Below, piece by piece: positions 61,175 to 64,000 of a stretch of DNA of 64,000 nucleotides; positions within the stretch are counted from its first letter, which is position 1; each line of letters starts with the position of its first letter. The notes under the pieces are model-generated. The model worked only from the letters and a program-made list of their open reading frames with translations. It made no database searches and was not told where the DNA came from. This DNA comes from a bacterium (GTDB taxonomy: Bacteria > Krumholzibacteriota > Krumholzibacteriia > LZORAL124-64-63). Made by a program: the position numbers and the translations under genes. Location: NCBI GenBank assembly GCA_031441465.1, contig JANOEP010000010.1:96001-160000 (forward strand). The letters run 5' to 3'.

Positions 61175-62200
61175 TCAGAAATCGTAGCCCAGCGAAATAC
61201 GGGTCACGTGCTTGAGGCCCTTCGCCTGCGGCACCGAGGCGAAGCCGAACGTGATGTTCTTGCCGACCCAGCGGCCGAGGTCCAGGCCGAAGCCCCAGGT
61301 GCTGTCCTCGATCTCGCCGGTGCCCTTCTTGAAGCCGAAGCGCAGGTAGAGGGACTGCGCGTAGGCCAGCTCCGTGCCGACGCCCCACTCGTTCTCGCCG
61401 AAGTCGAGGCCGAGACCGTAGTCGTCGTTGTTGTCGTCCCAGTTCAGCAGGGGCACGAGGTAGTCCGCGACCAGCAGCAGGGACAGCGCCTCGCCCTGGA
61501 CCACGCCGTAGGCGGCGCCGAAGGTGAGCTTGCGCGGCAGGGGATCGCTCTGGTCCTCGTCCACGTGCGTGATGTTCGGGCCGAGGTTGGCCAGGGCCAC
61601 GCCGAGGTTGGCCTTGAGCGCCGGGATCTTCCAGAGCAGGCCGGCGTCCACGGCGAAGGTGCTGCCCGAGCCGCCGCGGCCGTCCTGCAGCGCCGCGTCG
61701 GGAGCCAGATTGTCGCGGAAGTACTTCACGCCGAGGCCGGCGCCGAGGTTCGTCGAGATGCGGGTGCCGTAGGTGAGGCCCATCGCCCACATGTTCGAGG
61801 AGAAGATGCCGGTGGACTCGCCGTTGTCGTTGGTGCCTTCCTGGTCGCCCATGGACAGGTAGGTCATGTTGAACCCGAAGCTGCCGCCCCACTTGCGGGC
61901 CGCGTAGCCGCCCCAGTACAGGGCGATGTCGTCGGCGAGGTCGGGCACCAGCTTGGACTGCATGAACTCCATCCGCCCCGGACTGGTGTCGTTGGCGAAG
62001 GCCAGGCCGCCGGGGTTCCACCACATGGCGGTGGCGTCCTGCGCCAGGGCGGTGCCGGCCTCCCCCATGCCGTTGAAGCGGGCGCCGATGGGGAATTCCA
62101 GCGCGATGGCGCCGGCGCCGGACATGGCCAGGGCCGTCCCGGCCGCGGTCGTCAGGCAGGCTGCGGCGAGCAGCGTCACGAATACGGGTGTCCTCTTCAT
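61175..62200 (-). CDS. porV: PorV/PorQ family outer-membrane protein (T9SS shuttle)
   Basis: 'IGARFNGMGEAGTA...DATAMWWNPGGLAF', 'KLVPDLADD', 'FAVDAG', 'NLGPNI', 'PLPRKL', C-terminal Phe; directly downstream of porU. Confidence 0.9.
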   Translation of the reverse strand: MKRTPVFVTLLAAACLTTAAGTALAMSGAGAIALEFPIGARFNGMGEAGTALAQDATAMWWNPGGLAFANDTSPGRMEFMQSKLVPDLADDIALYWGGYAARKWGGSFGFNMTYLSMGDQEGTNDNGESTGIFSSNMWAMGLTYGTRISTNLGAGLGVKYFRDNLAPDAALQDGRGGSGSTFAVDAGLLWKIPALKANLGVALANLGPNITHVDEDQSDPLPRKLTFGAAYGVVQGEALSLLLVADYLVPLLNWDDNNDDYGLGLDFGENEWGVGTELAYAQSLYLRFGFKKGTGEIEDSTWGFGLDLGRWVGKNITFGFASVPQAKGLKHVTRISLGYDF

Positions 62201-62276
62201 CGGAACGTCCTTCCATCCTGGGTTCCGGGGGCTTCGGCGCCCCCGCCGTTGGCAACCAGGGCAGGCCGGGCCTGCC

Positions 62277-64000
62277 TCATTTCATGAGCACGAGTTTTCC
62301 GTTCACCGTCACCGGGTGCCGCGCGTCGTCGACGGTGCTGCCGCGGACCACGTACAAGTAGACGCCGTTGGCGATCTCGTCGCCGCGGGAATCGCGGCCG
62401 TCCCAGGCGAGCACCTGCGGCCCCGCCTCGGCGAAGCTGTGCGTCGTCTGCCAGACCGCCCGCCCGGCCACCGTGAAGATGGTCCAGGTGACGGTCAGCG
62501 GGTCGCTGGTCTCGAAGAGCAGGCGCGCCGGGCCGGAGGTCGGGTTCGGGAAGACGGAGACGTCCTGCAGGCCGGTGACGGCCGCGGCCACGACGTGGAA
62601 CGACAGCGTGTCGCTGCCCACGTTGCCGAGCAGGTCGCTGGCGAACATCGCCGCCGCGTGGGGGCCCGGGGCGAGGTTCTCGGGCAGCGGCACCGAGACG
62701 CGGGCGCGCGTGTAGCTGCCGGGATCGAAGACGAGGCGGTCGGTGACGTTGCTCATCTCGCCGTTGCCGTCGAACTCGAGCAGCACGCTGTTCAGGGGCG
62801 TCGTGCCGAGGATGCTGACGCCGCTGCTGTCGGCCAGGTCGGCGTGCAGTTCGGTCCCGACCTTGACCCGCGTGCTGCCGCCGGCGAAGGCCAGGGCGGC
62901 CGTCGGGCCCGCGACATCGTCGAGGCCACCGGTCGCGACCCGCGCCGCCGGCAACTCGGCGTACGCCGCGCGCGAGCCCTCGGGAGCGTCGACGATCAGC
63001 CGCACCTTGCCGTGCGCGCCGGTGCGCAGTTGCAGCGGCACCTTGAACTCCACGCTCAGCGTGTCGCGATCGGCCTCGCCGGTGCCGCGGAAGACGGGGG
63101 CGCCGGGCTGCCAGTAGTCGAGGCTGGCCGTGCCGATCTGGTAGTGGCGGTCGTCGCGGGACTCCTGCACCAGCAGGTCGTACGTCGTGCCGGGGCCCGC
63201 GGTCAGGCCGTAATCCGAGAGCACGCAGACGACCCGCTCGCGGCGCCCGGTGCGCAGGCTGTCGGAGGTCGCGGCCTGCAGGACAGGGCCGCCGCCGGGG
63301 TTCGGCAGCGCCAACGCCGGGTCGCCGAACAGGTTGTACCGGTAGCTGTTGTGCATCATCTGGGGGTTGCCGTCGCCGAGACCGACCTTGGCCAGCCAGA
63401 GCGCCGCTCCCGGCGAACGGCCGGGATCGACCACGCGGCCGGGATAGAGGTTCGCGTAGAAACGGTCCGAGAGCGGGTCGTTGTAGATGACGTAGCTGAC
63501 CTGGGAGGCCGCGATCGCCGCGATCGTGCCGCCGGCGGGCTGCGACACGAACACTTCGGCCATGCTCTGGCGGACAGCCGAGTCGAAGATGCCCACGTCG
63601 CAGCTGAAGGCCAGGAACACGCCGCGGCGCAGGCCGTTGTTCAGACCGTAGATGTCGTCGGTCAGGAAGAGCTGCTCGTCGGCCAGGGTGTGCTCCGAGC
63701 CGTGGCCGATGTAGTGGAAGATCGTGGTGCCCTCGTTCAGGGCGCGCTTGGCGGCCAGGCGCGCCAGCGGCTTGTAGACGCCGCTCGGGGCGGCGGCGTA
63801 GTCGATCATCAGCAGCTTCTCGGCGTCGATGGTCCAGGGCACGTAGGTGTCGACCAGTTCGGTTGCCTGCAGCGTGTGCACGCGCTCGAAGCTGCCGGGA
63901 CTCGACGGCTGCGTGAAATCGTCGGCCGCGAACACGACCCGGTTGCGCCAGGCGCCGGGCGGCGTCGCCGTCTCGTAGGCGACGATCCGGTCGACCATCC
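62277..64000 (-). CDS. porU: PorU-like T9SS sortase (peptidase C25/gingipain fold) with FlgD-Ig/CTD; 5' part lies outside the window
   Basis: 'WRNRVVFAADD', catalytic His 'YIGHG', catalytic Cys 'SCDVGIFD', 'LFGDPAL', 'DDVAGP', 'DSSGV', CTD 'FPNP...WDGRD...ANGVYLY...KLVLMK'. Confidence 0.88.
   Translation of the reverse strand, partial: MVDRIVAYETATPPGAWRNRVVFAADDFTQPSSPGSFERVHTLQATELVDTYVPWTIDAEKLLMIDYAAAPSGVYKPLARLAAKRALNEGTTIFHYIGHGSEHTLADEQLFLTDDIYGLNNGLRRGVFLAFSCDVGIFDSAVRQSMAEVFVSQPAGGTIAAIAASQVSYVIYNDPLSDRFYANLYPGRVVDPGRSPGAALWLAKVGLGDGNPQMMHNSYRYNLFGDPALALPNPGGGPVLQAATSDSLRTGRRERVVCVLSDYGLTAGPGTTYDLLVQESRDDRHYQIGTASLDYWQPGAPVFRGTGEADRDTLSVEFKVPLQLRTGAHGKVRLIVDAPEGSRAAYAELPAARVATGGLDDVAGPTAALAFAGGSTRVKVGTELHADLADSSGVSILGTTPLNSVLLEFDGNGEMSNVTDRLVFDPGSYTRARVSVPLPENLAPGPHAAAMFASDLLGNVGSDTLSFHVVAAAVTGLQDVSVFPNPTSGPARLLFETSDPLTVTWTIFTVAGRAVWQTTHSFAEAGPQVLAWDGRDSRGDEIANGVYLYVVRGSTVDDARHPVTVNGKLVLMK

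Overview
High-GC (roughly 70% by eye) bacterial chromosomal window, gene-dense, with almost all genes on the minus strand from ~9.7 kb to the end. No transposase, integrase, prophage, rRNA or CRISPR array is visible. Left to right: partial Tat-exported gene; lipoprotein; serine hydrolase; tRNA-Gly(GCC); an amino-sugar/glycan cluster (GT4, Gfo/Idh/MocA, WbaP-like, DegT); ino1; MBL hydrolase; orphan ParA; an ECF sigma/anti-sigma/SPFH/OMP module; TPR protein; rnc-fabF-acpP-fabG-fabD-plsX-rpmF-yceD (no fabH); ndk-sucD-sucC; a COG2403 (cPGS-like/arginine synthetase-like) gene; hldC/hldA; an ABC exporter; lpxL-like, dprA, obgE, aminotransferase, coaD, rsmD, aroK; a sigma54 two-component pair; comEA; an OM barrel; hutI; dinG; ligA; then a tightly packed type IX secretion (T9SS)-associated run (in transcription order: porU, porV, M6 protease with T9SS CTD, two DUF5683-like genes, NHL lipoprotein, SprA-related barrel, Omp85). 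PorU/PorV together with high GC and sigma70-type promoters and Shine-Dalgarno sites suggest a non-Bacteroidota FCB-group lineage (inference). Main items for follow-up: (i) a 26-codon, ~34% GC synonymous patch with an inverted repeat inside hutI; (ii) the T9SS-associated operon with a half-size SprA-like barrel overlapping an Omp85 gene; (iii) a WbpB/WbpE-like sugar cluster that could supply the PorU anchor glycan; (iv) a likely arginine synthetase homologue; (v) recurrent promoters built from upstream stop codons or hidden in codons. All calls come from reading motifs by eye; no database searches were run.
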